The notes below the pieces were generated by a model. It saw only the letters and a program-made list of their open reading frames with translations. It was not told where the DNA came from and did not search any database. Shown in pieces: positions 27,763 to 40,120 of a stretch of DNA of 64,000 nucleotides (position 1 is the first letter of the stretch; the number at the start of each line of letters is the position of its first letter). The DNA is taken from positions 2,039 to 66,038 of the forward strand of contig JBKJHO010000028.1 of NCBI GenBank assembly GCA_046598915.1. Direction: 5' to 3'. The DNA comes from Marmoricola sp. (GTDB lineage: Bacteria; Actinomycetota; Actinomycetes; Propionibacteriales; Nocardioidaceae). Both the position numbers and the translations under genes were made by a program.

Positions 27763-29537
27763 CGGTGTCGACAGGCTCACCCAACGTGGCGCGCATCGGA
27801 AACTGCAGCGGGTTCTACGGCGACCGACTCACCGCGATGCGGGAGATGTTGGAAGGAGCCCCCGGCCAACCCGGACTCGACTACCTGACCGGGGACTACC
27901 TCGCCGAACTGACCATGCTCATCCTGGGCAAGGACCAGATGAAGGACCCCTCGCTCGGCTACGCGCGAACTTTCGTCACGCAGGTCGCCGATGGTCTCGG
28001 GCTCGCGCTCGAGAAGGGCGTGAAGATCGTCGCCAACGCTGGCGGCCTCAACCCGGCTGGACTCGCGGCCAAGCTCACCGAGGTCACGACCGCGCTCGGT
28101 CTGGACGCGAAGATCGCCTGGGTCGACGGGGACAACCTCGCCCCCCGGGCTGCCGAGCTCGGACTGGGCAACGCCCTCACCGCGAACGCCTACCTCGGGG
28201 CTTTCGGCATCGCCCGTGCCCTGGACGCTGGCGCCGACATCGTCGTGACCGGCCGGGTGACTGATGCCTCCGTCGTCGTCGGACCGGCGATCGCGCACCA
28301 CGGCTGGACGCCCACGTCGTACGACGAGCTGGCCGGCGCCGTCGTCGCGGGACACATCATCGAGTGCGGCACCCAAGCCACCGGGGGCAACTTCTCCGGG
28401 TTCCTCGACCTGCCGCGCGATGCGACGCCGCTGGGCTTCCCGCTCGCCGAGGTCGCCGCGGACGGCTCGTTCGTGGTCACCAAGAATGCCGGCACCGGTG
28501 GCCTGGTCTCGGTCGACACGGTCACCGCGCAGCTCGTCTACGAAGTGCAGTCCACCCTCTACCTGGGCCCGGACGTCACCACCGACCTGGCCTCGATCCG
28601 GCTCGACGCCGAGGGCCCGGACCGGGTCCGGGTCAGCGGTGTCCGTGGGACCCCGCCCCCGGAGCAGCTCAAGGTCTGCGTCAACGAGCTCGGTGGCTGG
28701 CGCAACCAGATGGAGTTCGTGCTCACCGGGCTCGACATCGAGGCGAAGGCCGACTGGCTCAGGACCCAGCTGGATGCCCGGCTCGCCGCACAGCACCACG
28801 CGAGCGGGGGTCCGGCCACGGTGGTCTGGTCTCTCGGTGCGCTCCCGGTGCCGGATGCCGACACCGAGGAAGGCGCGTCCTGCCTGCTCCGGGTGACGGT
28901 GAAGGACCCCTCCGCCGAGGTCGTCGGCAAGCCGTTCAGCGCCGCCGCCGTTGAGCTCGCGCTGGCCTCGTACCCGGGCTTCACGCTGACGGCACCCCCC
29001 GGGCGCGCCTCGCCGTACGGGATCTACCGGCCGGCGTACGTCGACCGCGCCGAGGTCACCGAGACCGTGCACCTCTGGGACGGCAGCGTCGTCACGATCG
29101 ACGGGTCCGCAGGGTTCCCCCAGGGTCAACCGACGATGGTTGAGCCTGTCCAAACCCCTCCGCCTGACCTCTCCGCCCCGGCCTCGGTGCACCCGCTCGG
29201 AACCTTCGTGCACGCCCGCTCCGGCGACAAGGGCGGGGACGCCAACGTCGGCCTGTGGATCGGCAGCTCCGACAGCCTGCCCGCAGAGCTCCGCGAGCGA
29301 CGGATCGGCTGGCTCCTGCACCTGATCACCCCGGACGCCGTCCGGGCATTCCTCCCCGAGGCCGAAGACCTGCCGGTCGAGGTCTACCCGCTGCCGAACC
29401 TCGGCGGCGTGAACATCCTGATCCGCGGGCTGCTCGGCGAAGGTGTCGCTGGCAGTACCCGGTTCGACCCGCAAGCAAAGGCCGTCGGCGAGTGGCTGCG
29501 GTCGCGGCACGTGCACATCCCCGAGGAGCTGTTGTGA
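27759..29537 (+). CDS. atuA: Acyclic terpene utilization AtuA family protein
   Basis: RIGNCSGFYGDR, GDYLAELTM, ARSGDKGG, DPQAKAVGEWL. Confidence 0.92.
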   Translation: MTVSTGSPNVARIGNCSGFYGDRLTAMREMLEGAPGQPGLDYLTGDYLAELTMLILGKDQMKDPSLGYARTFVTQVADGLGLALEKGVKIVANAGGLNPAGLAAKLTEVTTALGLDAKIAWVDGDNLAPRAAELGLGNALTANAYLGAFGIARALDAGADIVVTGRVTDASVVVGPAIAHHGWTPTSYDELAGAVVAGHIIECGTQATGGNFSGFLDLPRDATPLGFPLAEVAADGSFVVTKNAGTGGLVSVDTVTAQLVYEVQSTLYLGPDVTTDLASIRLDAEGPDRVRVSGVRGTPPPEQLKVCVNELGGWRNQMEFVLTGLDIEAKADWLRTQLDARLAAQHHASGGPATVVWSLGALPVPDADTEEGASCLLRVTVKDPSAEVVGKPFSAAAVELALASYPGFTLTAPPGRASPYGIYRPAYVDRAEVTETVHLWDGSVVTIDGSAGFPQGQPTMVEPVQTPPPDLSAPASVHPLGTFVHARSGDKGGDANVGLWIGSSDSLPAELRERRIGWLLHLITPDAVRAFLPEAEDLPVEVYPLPNLGGVNILIRGLLGEGVAGSTRFDPQAKAVGEWLRSRHVHIPEELL

Positions 29538-29643
29538 CCGCCGGCGCAATCGCGCGCCCCCAGGTGATTTCCGCAGGAACGACACGGAATGCGATGTCAC
29601 CACCCAGGTGACCGTGTCGACCATCAGCAATCAGGAGTACCCG

Positions 29644-30786
29644 ATGACCTTTCTGACCGAAGAACGCCTCGCTCTCAAGGCGAGCACGCGAACCTTCGTG
29701 GAGCGCGAGATCATGCCGCATCTGCAGGAGTGGGAGGACGCCGGAGAGATCCCGCGCTCTCTCCACCAGGTCGCGGCCAAGGCCGGCATCCTCGCGCTCG
29801 GTTTCCCCGAGGAGGCCGGCGGTGAGGGCGGTGACCTGCTCGACGCGACCGCGATGCAGGAGGCGTTCTTCGAAGCGGGCGGTTCCTCGGGCCTGGCTGC
29901 TGGCCTCTTCACCCACGGCATCGCACTGCCGCACCTGATCACCCATGGCAGCGCCGACCTGATCGACAAGTACGCCCGCCCGACTCTGGCCGGCGACCTG
30001 ATCGGCTCGCTCGCAGTGACCGAGCCGAACGGTGGCTCCGACGTCGCGGGAATCACCACCACCGCAGTCCGGGACGGTGACCACTACGTCATCAACGGCG
30101 CCAAGACCTTCATCACCTCCGGGGTCCGCGCGGACTTCGTGACCACCGCGGTGCGTACCGGCGTGCCGGGGCATGCCGGGATCTCGCTGATCGTGGTCGA
30201 CAAGGGCACACCAGGCTTCACCGTCGACCGGTCCCTGAGGAAGATGGGCTGGCACTGCTCCGACACCGCCGAGCTCTCGTACGTCGACGTGCGGGTGCCG
30301 GCGACGAACCTGATCGGCGAGGAGAACTCGGGTTTCTACCAGATCGCCGAGCAGTTCGTCGTCGAGCGGATCGGCCTCGCAGTGCACGGGTACGGCGTCG
30401 CCGGCCGGGCCCTGGAGCTCACCGCGCAGTACTGCCGCGACCGACAGACCTTCGGCAAACCACTGATCAGCAACCAGGTGGTCCGGCACAAGCTGGTCGA
30501 GATGCGCCGACTCGTGGAGATCTCCCGGGCCTACACCCACGAGGTGATCGAGCGGCACGCCGCCGGCGAGAACGTGATCGCTGAGGCCTGCCTCGCGAAG
30601 CAGACCGCGGTCGAGGCCTGCGAGGCGGTCGTCGATTCCGCTGTCCAACTGCACGGTGGAACCGGCTACATGCACGGCACCGAGGTCGAGCGGCACTACC
30701 GCGACTCCCGGATCCTGCCGATCGGCGGCGGCGCCACCGAAGTGCTCGCCGACCTCGCCGCACGACTGCTGGGGTACGCGTCATGA
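29644..30786 (+). CDS. Acyl-CoA dehydrogenase (FadE13/AtuD-like)
   Basis: AVTEPNGGSD, KTFITSG, KMGWHCSDT, QLHGG, IGGGATE. Confidence 0.92.
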   Translation: MTFLTEERLALKASTRTFVEREIMPHLQEWEDAGEIPRSLHQVAAKAGILALGFPEEAGGEGGDLLDATAMQEAFFEAGGSSGLAAGLFTHGIALPHLITHGSADLIDKYARPTLAGDLIGSLAVTEPNGGSDVAGITTTAVRDGDHYVINGAKTFITSGVRADFVTTAVRTGVPGHAGISLIVVDKGTPGFTVDRSLRKMGWHCSDTAELSYVDVRVPATNLIGEENSGFYQIAEQFVVERIGLAVHGYGVAGRALELTAQYCRDRQTFGKPLISNQVVRHKLVEMRRLVEISRAYTHEVIERHAAGENVIAEACLAKQTAVEACEAVVDSAVQLHGGTGYMHGTEVERHYRDSRILPIGGGATEVLADLAARLLGYAS

Positions 30787-32408
30787 CCGAGACCTTGGCT
30801 TCGACAAGCTCAACCGGCGAGGAGCCGGGCCGCCGGGAGGCGATGCTCGCCAAGCTCGAGTCCCTCGATGAGCAGCACGCCCTCGCCGTCGCCGGCGGCG
30901 GCGAACGGTACGTCGAGCGCCATCGTGCCCGCGGCAAGCTCACCGCGCGCGAGCGGATCGAGCTGTTGATCGACCCCGGGACCGCGTTCCTCGAGCTCTC
31001 CCCGCTGGCCGGTTGGGGCTCGGACTTCACCGTCGGCGCCAGTGTGGTCACCGGAATCGGTGTCGTCGAAGGCGTCGAGTGCCTGATCAACGCCAACGAC
31101 CCGACCGTCAAGGGTGGGGCGTCGAACCCGTGGACCCTGAAGAAGGGCTTCCGGGCCTCCCAGATCGCGGAGGAGAATGATCTGCCAACGATCTCGCTGG
31201 TCGAGTCCGGTGGCGCGGACCTGCCCACCCAGAAGGACATCTTCATCCCCGGCGGAAGGATGTTCCGTGACCTGACCCGAGCCAGCGCGAGGCGTCAGCC
31301 GACGGTCGCCCTGGTCTTCGGCAACTCAACTGCCGGTGGCGCGTACATCCCCGGGATGAGCGACTACACCGTGATGGTGAAGGAGCAGGCGAAGGTCTTC
31401 CTCGGTGGCCCGCCGTTGGTGAAGATGGCCACCGGTGAGGAGTCCGACGACGAGTCGCTGGGCGGCGCCGAGATGCACGCCCGTACCTCGGGCCTGGCCG
31501 ACTACCTCGCCGTCGACGAGTACGACGCAATCAGGATCGGCCGTCGGATCATCGCGCGGCTGAACCGCAAGGAGAAGCCCTCTTCAGGCTCGACCGGCGG
31601 GAGAGTGACGTTCGCGGAGCCCGAGGAGGACCCGGACGGTCTGCTTGACCTGATCCCGACCGACCTCAAGGAGCCGTTCGACCCGCGCGAGGTGATCGCC
31701 CGCATCGCCGACGGTCGCTCGGCCACGAACGGTGCCGTCTTCGACGAGTTCAAGCCGCTCTACGGCAACTCGCTCGTCACCGGCTGGGCCAAGATCCACG
31801 GCCACCACGTCGGCATCCTGGCCAACGCCCAGGGCGTGCTCTTCTCCGAGGAGGCCCAGAAGGCAACCCAGTTCATCCAGCTGGCCAACCAGATCGACGT
31901 GCCGCTGCTCTTCCTGCACAACACCACCGGCTACATGGTCGGCGCTGAGTACGAGCAGGGTGGCATCATCAAGCACGGCGCCCAGATGATCAACGCGGTC
32001 AGCAACTCCCAGGTGCCGCACATCTCGGTGGTGATGGCGGCGTCGTACGGCGCTGGCAACTACGGCATGAATGGCCGCGCCTTCGACCCGCGTTTCCTCT
32101 TTACCTGGCCGAGCGCGAAATCGGCGGTGATGGGACCGGCTCAGCTTGCCGGCGTCCTGTCCATCGTCGCGCGGGCCGCCGCGGAGTCGAAGGGCAAGGA
32201 GTACGACGAGGAGGCTGACGCCGGGATGCGCGCCTTCATCGAGGCCTCGATCGAGGAACAGAGCCTGCCGTACTTTCTCTCCGGGATGCTCTACGACGAC
32301 GGGGTCATCGACCCGCGGGACACCCGCACCGTCCTGGGCATCTGCCTGTCCGTGATCAGCAACAAGCCCATCCAGGGCACGGACCGCTTCGGCGTCTTCC
32401 GGATGTGA
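30783..32408 (+). CDS. Acyl-CoA carboxylase beta subunit (AccD2/AtuC-like)
   Basis: GKLTARERI, VESGGADL, STAGGAY, SYGAGNYGM. Confidence 0.93.
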   Translation: MTETLASTSSTGEEPGRREAMLAKLESLDEQHALAVAGGGERYVERHRARGKLTARERIELLIDPGTAFLELSPLAGWGSDFTVGASVVTGIGVVEGVECLINANDPTVKGGASNPWTLKKGFRASQIAEENDLPTISLVESGGADLPTQKDIFIPGGRMFRDLTRASARRQPTVALVFGNSTAGGAYIPGMSDYTVMVKEQAKVFLGGPPLVKMATGEESDDESLGGAEMHARTSGLADYLAVDEYDAIRIGRRIIARLNRKEKPSSGSTGGRVTFAEPEEDPDGLLDLIPTDLKEPFDPREVIARIADGRSATNGAVFDEFKPLYGNSLVTGWAKIHGHHVGILANAQGVLFSEEAQKATQFIQLANQIDVPLLFLHNTTGYMVGAEYEQGGIIKHGAQMINAVSNSQVPHISVVMAASYGAGNYGMNGRAFDPRFLFTWPSAKSAVMGPAQLAGVLSIVARAAAESKGKEYDEEADAGMRAFIEASIEEQSLPYFLSGMLYDDGVIDPRDTRTVLGICLSVISNKPIQGTDRFGVFRM

Positions 32409-32461
32409 GGCCCTGCGTTGGTTGAGCCAGTGGAAACCTCAGACGTCCTCGAAGGAATCTC

Positions 32462-34491
<2,030 letters not shown>

Positions 34492-34495
<4 letters not shown>

Positions 34496-35658
34496 GTACC
34501 GTTCCGTTCACCGAGTCCGAGGAGCGGGTCGCTCTTCGGGAGGCCGTTGCGAAGCTGGCCGGCAGCTACGGCCACTCCTACGTCGCGGAGAAGACCCGCA
34601 ACGGCGGGAAGCTCACCGAGCTGTGGCAGGACATGGGCAGGCACGGCTTCCTGGGGGTGAACATCCCGGAGGAGTACGGCGGCGGGGGCGGTGGCATGGC
34701 CGATCTGGCGGCGGTGCTGGAAGAGGCGGCCGCGGCCGGCGCCCCGCTGCTGATGATGGTCGTCAGCCCCGCGATCTGCGGCACGATCATCACGCGTTGC
34801 GGCACCGAGGAGCAGAAGCAGAAGTGGCTGCCGAAGATTGCCGACGGCTCGATGATCATGGCCTTCGCGATCACCGAGCCGGAGGCGGGGTCGAACAGCC
34901 ATCAGATCACTACGACCGCCACCCAGGACGGCGACGAGTGGGTGCTCAAGGGTCAGAAGACCTATATCTCCGGGGTGGACGAGGCCGACGCGATCCTGGT
35001 CGTGTCCCGGACCGCTGACGCCAAGACCGGCAAGCTGAAGCCCGCGCTCTTCGTGATGCCGACCGACGCCAAGGGCCTCGAGCGTCAGGTCATCCCGATG
35101 GACTTCCACGCGCCGGAGAAGCAGTTCCAGCTGTTCATCGACAACGTCCGGTTGCCCGCCGACGCTCTGGTCGGCGACGAGGACGGCGGGCTCTGGCAGC
35201 TCTTCGCCGGGCTGAATCCCGAGCGGATCATGGGCGCGGCGTTCTCCAACGGGATGGCGCGCTTCGCGCTGGACAAGGCGGTCGAGTACGCCAAGACCCG
35301 GCAGGTCTGGAAGGACGTCATCGGCACCCACCAGGGGATCGCGCACCCGCTCGCCAAGTCGAAGATCGAGCTGGAGCAGTCGCGGCTGCTGGCGCAGAAG
35401 GCTGCCGCGCTGTACGACGCCGGGGACGACATGGCGGCCGGTGAGTACGCGAACATGGCCAAGTACTCCGGGGGCGAGGTCGCCTGCAACACTCTCGACG
35501 TCGCCGTACACACCCACGGCGGCAACGGGCTCGCGCAGGAGTACGGCCTGGGCAACATGCTTCTCGCCGCGCGGCTCGGCCGGATCGCACCGGTGAGCCG
35601 GGAGATGATCCTGAACTTCGTGGCCATGCACAGCCTGGGTCTGCCGAAGTCCTACTAA
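34492..35658 (+). CDS. Acyl-CoA dehydrogenase (FadE12-like)
   Basis: FAITEPEAGSN, GLNPERI, HTHGGNG, IAPVSREM. Confidence 0.92.
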
Positions 35659-35716
35659 TACCCGTCGAACCGGAATCGCGCGGCCCACCATCCCCTACTC
35701 GACGTCGAGGAGCGCC

Positions 35717-36469
35717 ATGAGCGAGTACGACGAACTGGTCCACTATGCAGTTGCGGACGGCATCGGCACGATCACCCTGGACTCGCCACACAACCGCAAC
35801 GCCCTCTCGCGCCAGCTGATCAACGAGCTCTTCCAGCGACTCGACGAGACTGCCGCGGACGACGAGGTCCGGGTCGTCGTCCTCCGATCAGCCGATCGGG
35901 TCTTCTGCTCCGGGGCTGACCTCTCCGAGGCGGCGTCCGGGTCGATGACCGAGGGAGCCGGCGCTCTCGTCGAGCTGCAGCGGGTGATCCTGAGTCACCC
36001 GAAGCCGATCGTCACGCGTCTGGGTGGCCCGGTCCGTGCTGGCGGGCTCGGGATCGTGGCGTCGAGCGACCTGGTGATCTGCGGCGACGACGTCACCTTC
36101 GCGCTGACCGAGTCGAGGCTCGCGCTCGCACCGGCGGTGATCTCGTTGACCCTGGTCCCACGCCTGACCAGCCGGGCGGCGTACGACACCTTCCTCTCCG
36201 GCCGGGCTTTCGACGCGGCCGAGGCAGCGGCGATGGGCCTGGTCACCCGTACCGTTCCGGCGGACGAGCTAGACGCAGCCGTCGAGCAGACCTGCGCCGA
36301 TCTACTCACCGCGCACCCGCAAGGTCTGCGGGAGACGAAGAAGGTGCTGTCGCGGGGGATTTTGGAGTACCTGGAGGCGAACGCCGACGACATGATCGCC
36401 CTCAGCGCAAAGCTCTTCTCCTCCGACGAGGCCCGCGAGGCAATGCTCGCGTTCTTGACCAAGAAGTAG
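35717..36469 (+). CDS. Enoyl-CoA hydratase (EchA7-like)
   Basis: LDSPHNRNALS, FCSGADL, VRAGGLG. Confidence 0.92.
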   Translation: MSEYDELVHYAVADGIGTITLDSPHNRNALSRQLINELFQRLDETAADDEVRVVVLRSADRVFCSGADLSEAASGSMTEGAGALVELQRVILSHPKPIVTRLGGPVRAGGLGIVASSDLVICGDDVTFALTESRLALAPAVISLTLVPRLTSRAAYDTFLSGRAFDAAEAAAMGLVTRTVPADELDAAVEQTCADLLTAHPQGLRETKKVLSRGILEYLEANADDMIALSAKLFSSDEAREAMLAFLTKK

Positions 36470-36481
36470 TCCGACCATGAC

Positions 36482-36520
36482 GGAGCCCGGCCCGATCGCA
36501 CCGCGATCGAGCCGGGCTCC
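36482..36520. terminator. Long hairpin ending the atu-like operon
   Basis: GGAGCCCGGCCCGATCGC-acc-GCGATCGAGCCGGGCTCC. Confidence 0.7.
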
Positions 36521-36559
36521 TCGGAGTCAGCGACCCGGGCCCTGCAGTTCAGATCCGGG

Positions 36560-37171
36560 TCAGCGGTAGACCTTCGCCGACAGGACGAGCGGTGCGTCCT
36601 CGACGAGCGGGCCGTTCTTGAAACCGTCGTCGACGAACAGGGTGTCGTTCGCCCCGTAGGTCCCCGTGCCGAAGCCGACCTGAACGGCACCCGGCTTGAC
36701 CCCGGAGACAGCCAGACAGGTGCGCGGGATCGAGACGATGACCAGCTTGGCGGTGTAGTCGATCTTGTGGGCCAGCCCGGGGCACTTCACCGGGCTGCCG
36801 AATTTGGTGCTGAGCGCCGACTCCCCGGCCCAGCCGCCGGGGCCGGCGAAGATACCAACCGAGCGCTCGGTCTTCGAGGTGACGAGGCGCAGGCTGTGGA
36901 ACATGAACGGACCCGCCTTCACCAAGGCGCGGTAGCTTGCCGAGATCCGCAGGGTCTCGCCCTCAAAGCTGGTCCGGACCTTGGTGATGTCTCCCTGTTT
37001 GCGGTCCGGCGCCGGAGCGGTTGAGGAGGTGTCGGTCGCGTCGTCGTAGGTGATGCCCACGATGTCGCCGACGGTGTCGTAGTGGGTCGCAGTGTCAGCG
37101 TGGGCGGCAGTGGGCGCCAGGACGACGAACGCGGCAGCGGCAGCGACCGTGGCGGTACGGAGGAGCTTCAT
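36560..37171 (-). CDS. Secreted beta-rich hypothetical protein
   Basis: Signal peptide ending AHA-D; GAAAGG RBS; Cys pair. Confidence 0.75.
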   Translation of the reverse strand: MKLLRTATVAAAAAFVVLAPTAAHADTATHYDTVGDIVGITYDDATDTSSTAPAPDRKQGDITKVRTSFEGETLRISASYRALVKAGPFMFHSLRLVTSKTERSVGIFAGPGGWAGESALSTKFGSPVKCPGLAHKIDYTAKLVIVSIPRTCLAVSGVKPGAVQVGFGTGTYGANDTLFVDDGFKNGPLVEDAPLVLSAKVYR

Positions 37172-37286
37172 GGTGACCTTTCGTGGCGGACGGTCGCCGC
37201 GAATGGCGACCGGCCGCTGACCTTAGCCACCAGATCGCAGGTACGTCCTGAGTTTCAGAACCCGCCGGTTTCTGTTCGTCTCCCGG

Positions 37287-38534
37287 TCACTCGAGATGCG
37301 CGACCGGTAGCGAGAGCCACCCACGGACGAACGCCGACTCGTGCCGGGTTCCGTCGGCCGGATCGACCTGGATCCGCGGATACGCGGCGAGCAGCTCCTC
37401 CAGAGCGACCTGGGCCTGCAGCTTGGCCAGGTGGCTGCCGATGCAGAAGTGCGGGCCGCTGCTGAACGCGAGGTGCCGGCGGATCTCTCGGCGTACGTCG
37501 AGCTGGTCGGCGGTCTCCCCGAACTCGCGCGGGTCGCGGTTGCCGGCGGCGTACAGCATCATCACCTTCTCGCCGGCCGGGATCGTGACCCCGTCGATCT
37601 CGACGTCACTCAGCGTCGTCCGGGCCAGTCCCTGCACCGAGGACTCCAGCCGCAGGAACTCCATTAACGACCCGGAGATCAGCCTCGGATCGTCCAGCAG
37701 CAGCTGCCGCTGGTCGGGTGCAGCGCCCAGCAGGGTGACGGCGTGCGAGATCAGGCTGGCTGTGGTGTCGGTGCCACCGGCGACCACGACGAAGCAGAAG
37801 CCGAGGATGTCCCAGTCGGTGAGGCGCTCGACGGTTCCGTCCGCTCCCGGCAGCTCCGCCGCGACGAGCGCGCCGAGGAGGTCGTCAGCGGGGTTCGTAC
37901 GACGCTCGGCGATCGCGTGGGTGAAGTACTCCATCATCTCGGCCATCGCCGTCAGCGCGGCGACCTTGCTCGCCTCGGTGCTGGCCAGGTCGAGGGTGAA
38001 CCCGTCGTTCTGGACCTGCGTGAGCGCGCGCACCCACGGTGCGAACCGCTCCTGGTCGCCGAGCGGGATCCCGAACAACTCTGCGAGCACGTACGTCGGG
38101 ATGGTGGCGGAGAACTGGGTGTGCAGGTCGGCGGTACCACCGGCCGCAGCGGTCTCTGCCATGGTCGCGATCCGGGCCCGGACGAAGGTACGGATCCGTT
38201 CCTCGAGGGCGGTCACCCGCTTGGGGGTGAAGCCGCGGCCAATCAGGTTCCGCAGCTTCGTCTGCACCGGGGGGTCGAGCATCACCATGGTCGGCGGGAT
38301 GCCGAGCTGACCGATCTCGTCGGCGAAGAAGGTCAGGCCGCTGGCCGAGGAGAAGACCTCCGGGCGTCGTACGGCATCCCAGATGTGGTCGAAGCGGGAG
38401 AGCGCCCAGAAGCCGGGGGACCGGTGGTCTGCGGCATGGAAGTGGACCGGGTCGTGCTCACGCAGCCAGTCGTACGCCGGGTAAGGGTCGGCCAGGAAGC
38501 CGGCGTCGAGCGGGTCGTAGGTAAGGGTGCTCAT
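37287..38534 (-). CDS. Cytochrome P450 (CYP130-like)
   Basis: MVMLDPP, AGGTDTT, EFLR, FSSGPHFCIG. Confidence 0.9.
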   Translation of the reverse strand: MSTLTYDPLDAGFLADPYPAYDWLREHDPVHFHAADHRSPGFWALSRFDHIWDAVRRPEVFSSASGLTFFADEIGQLGIPPTMVMLDPPVQTKLRNLIGRGFTPKRVTALEERIRTFVRARIATMAETAAAGGTADLHTQFSATIPTYVLAELFGIPLGDQERFAPWVRALTQVQNDGFTLDLASTEASKVAALTAMAEMMEYFTHAIAERRTNPADDLLGALVAAELPGADGTVERLTDWDILGFCFVVVAGGTDTTASLISHAVTLLGAAPDQRQLLLDDPRLISGSLMEFLRLESSVQGLARTTLSDVEIDGVTIPAGEKVMMLYAAGNRDPREFGETADQLDVRREIRRHLAFSSGPHFCIGSHLAKLQAQVALEELLAAYPRIQVDPADGTRHESAFVRGWLSLPVAHLE

Positions 38535-38543
38535 CGGGCTTTC

Positions 38544-38575
38544 TAACGGAGTTTGTTAATAACGGGTGTTCGTTA
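38544..38575. promoter_or_regulatory. Tandem operators between divergent P450 and TetR genes
   Basis: TAAC-N7-GTTA and TAACG-N6-CGTTA, overlapping a TAGTAT -10. Confidence 0.55.
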
Positions 38576-38587
38576 GTATGTGTGCTC

Positions 38588-39187
38588 GTGGCCCGCGACG
38601 CAACCCTCACCCGTGCCCGGCTGATCCGTGCCGGAGAGCAGCGGTTCGCTCGCGACGGGGTCGCCGGTGCCAGGATCAGCGACATCGTCCGCGACGCGGG
38701 CCAGCGCAACGACTCCGCGGTCGGCTACCACTTCGGATCCCGGCAGGGCCTGCTCACCGAGATCGTCGCCAAACACATGGGGGAGATGGAGAAGCACCGC
38801 GTCGTTCCTCCCGAGGGCGCCGATCTGCGGGCCGTCGTCGAGGCGATCGTGGCGCCGACGGCCGCCCTGCTGGCCACCGAAGCCGGACGGGACTTCCTCC
38901 GGATCACCGAACAGCTCGCGGCTTTCTCCGGCGTAGGCAGCGGTCAGCCCAACGATGTCCTCCGCAACACCGCGATCGGCGATCAGCTGGCACTCCTGGA
39001 GCCCTTGCTCCAGACCCGGCTGGACCCGACCCTGACCCGGGAACGGATCTCCTTGATGGTGACGTTCCTGACGGCTGCACTGGCCGAAAGAGCCCGTTCC
39101 CGCGAGGCGGGCACCCGCCAGCGGCTCAACCACGAACGTTTCGTCGGACACTTGGTGAATGTGCTCAGCGGAGCCCTCGCGGCCTGA
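38588..39187 (+). CDS. TetR family regulator
   Basis: DIVRDAGQRNDSAVGYHFGSR HTH. Confidence 0.9.
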   Translation: MARDATLTRARLIRAGEQRFARDGVAGARISDIVRDAGQRNDSAVGYHFGSRQGLLTEIVAKHMGEMEKHRVVPPEGADLRAVVEAIVAPTAALLATEAGRDFLRITEQLAAFSGVGSGQPNDVLRNTAIGDQLALLEPLLQTRLDPTLTRERISLMVTFLTAALAERARSREAGTRQRLNHERFVGHLVNVLSGALAA

Positions 39188-39199
39188 CATTCTTGCGCG

Positions 39200-40120
39200 G
39201 TGCATCGCAAGGATCCCCGAATACTTCTCGTCGCGGCGACCTTGGTTCTTGCATCGTTGAGCATCCTTCCTTTCGATGACGCGGGCGCTCCGAGGGCGTC
39301 GGTCGAGGCGATGCTGACAGCAGTGAAGGTCACGTCGAAGGCCACCACGACGGTTCCCGCGCAGGCCGGGGCGAAGGCCCGGGGGAAGACCCAGCGGAAG
39401 GCCCGGGCGAAGACCCAAGGGAAGACCCGGCGAACCTGTCGGTCCGGCTCGATCACTCTGACCTTCGACGACGGTCCGTCGCCGGTGATGACCCCGCGGC
39501 TGGTGCGGGTCCTGGTGCGGGAGCAGGTCCCGGCAACGTTCTTCATGGTCGGCGAGAAGGTCCGTCGGTCGCCAGCCGTTGCGCGGCTGGTCCGGGACCA
39601 GGGCTTCACGATCGGGAACCACACCTGGTCGCACCCGGACCTGACCCGGCTGTCCTCCCGTCGGGTCCGGGGCCAGGTGCTCAAGGCCGGCGCCGAGCTC
39701 CGTCGTCAAGGCATCCGCACCGGCAGGCTGATGCGGCCGCCGTACGGCGCTATCAGCGGCCGGGTCAGCCGCGAGATCCGTCGGATGGGTCTGGTGCCGG
39801 TGCTCTGGACCGCAGACTCGCTCGACTGGAGCGGTGGCTCGGCACCGCAGATCGCCCGCCGGATCTTGGCCCAGCTCCGCCGCTACCGGACCAATGTCGT
39901 TCTCCAGCACGACGGCGTGGGCAACTCGGCGGCCTCCGTCGCCGCCGTGCCGATCTTGGTCCGGGCTGCCCGGGCGCGCGGCTACTGCTTCACCGATCTC
40001 GGCCCTGGTGGCGGCGTCGCCCGCGCAAGGTCCACCCGGGTGCGAGCCGGGGACAGCGCCACGACAGCGCGAATGTCGGGGCCGGTAGCGGCTTCCTGGC
40101 CGGTCCCGCAGTCGCGCTAG
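39200..40120 (+). CDS. Polysaccharide deacetylase (CE4/NodB), exported
   Basis: TFDDGP, HTWSH, RPPYG, LQHD. Confidence 0.9.
   Translation: MHRKDPRILLVAATLVLASLSILPFDDAGAPRASVEAMLTAVKVTSKATTTVPAQAGAKARGKTQRKARAKTQGKTRRTCRSGSITLTFDDGPSPVMTPRLVRVLVREQVPATFFMVGEKVRRSPAVARLVRDQGFTIGNHTWSHPDLTRLSSRRVRGQVLKAGAELRRQGIRTGRLMRPPYGAISGRVSREIRRMGLVPVLWTADSLDWSGGSAPQIARRILAQLRRYRTNVVLQHDGVGNSAASVAAVPILVRAARARGYCFTDLGPGGGVARARSTRVRAGDSATTARMSGPVAASWPVPQSR
39373..39432 (+). repeat. Five 12-nt tandem units (GAAGRCCCRR..) encoding a KARG/KTQR basic linker
   Basis: GAAGGCCCGGGG GAAGACCCAGCG GAAGGCCCGGGC GAAGACCCAAGG GAAGACCCGGCG. Confidence 0.7.

Noticed and set aside
27777-29630. Long antisense or alternate-frame ORFs (also 14491-15999, 16489-18177, 34018-35691, 38573-40576, 60300-61889)
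   Set aside because: Shadow ORFs typical of high-GC DNA opposite well-supported genes; no recognisable motifs
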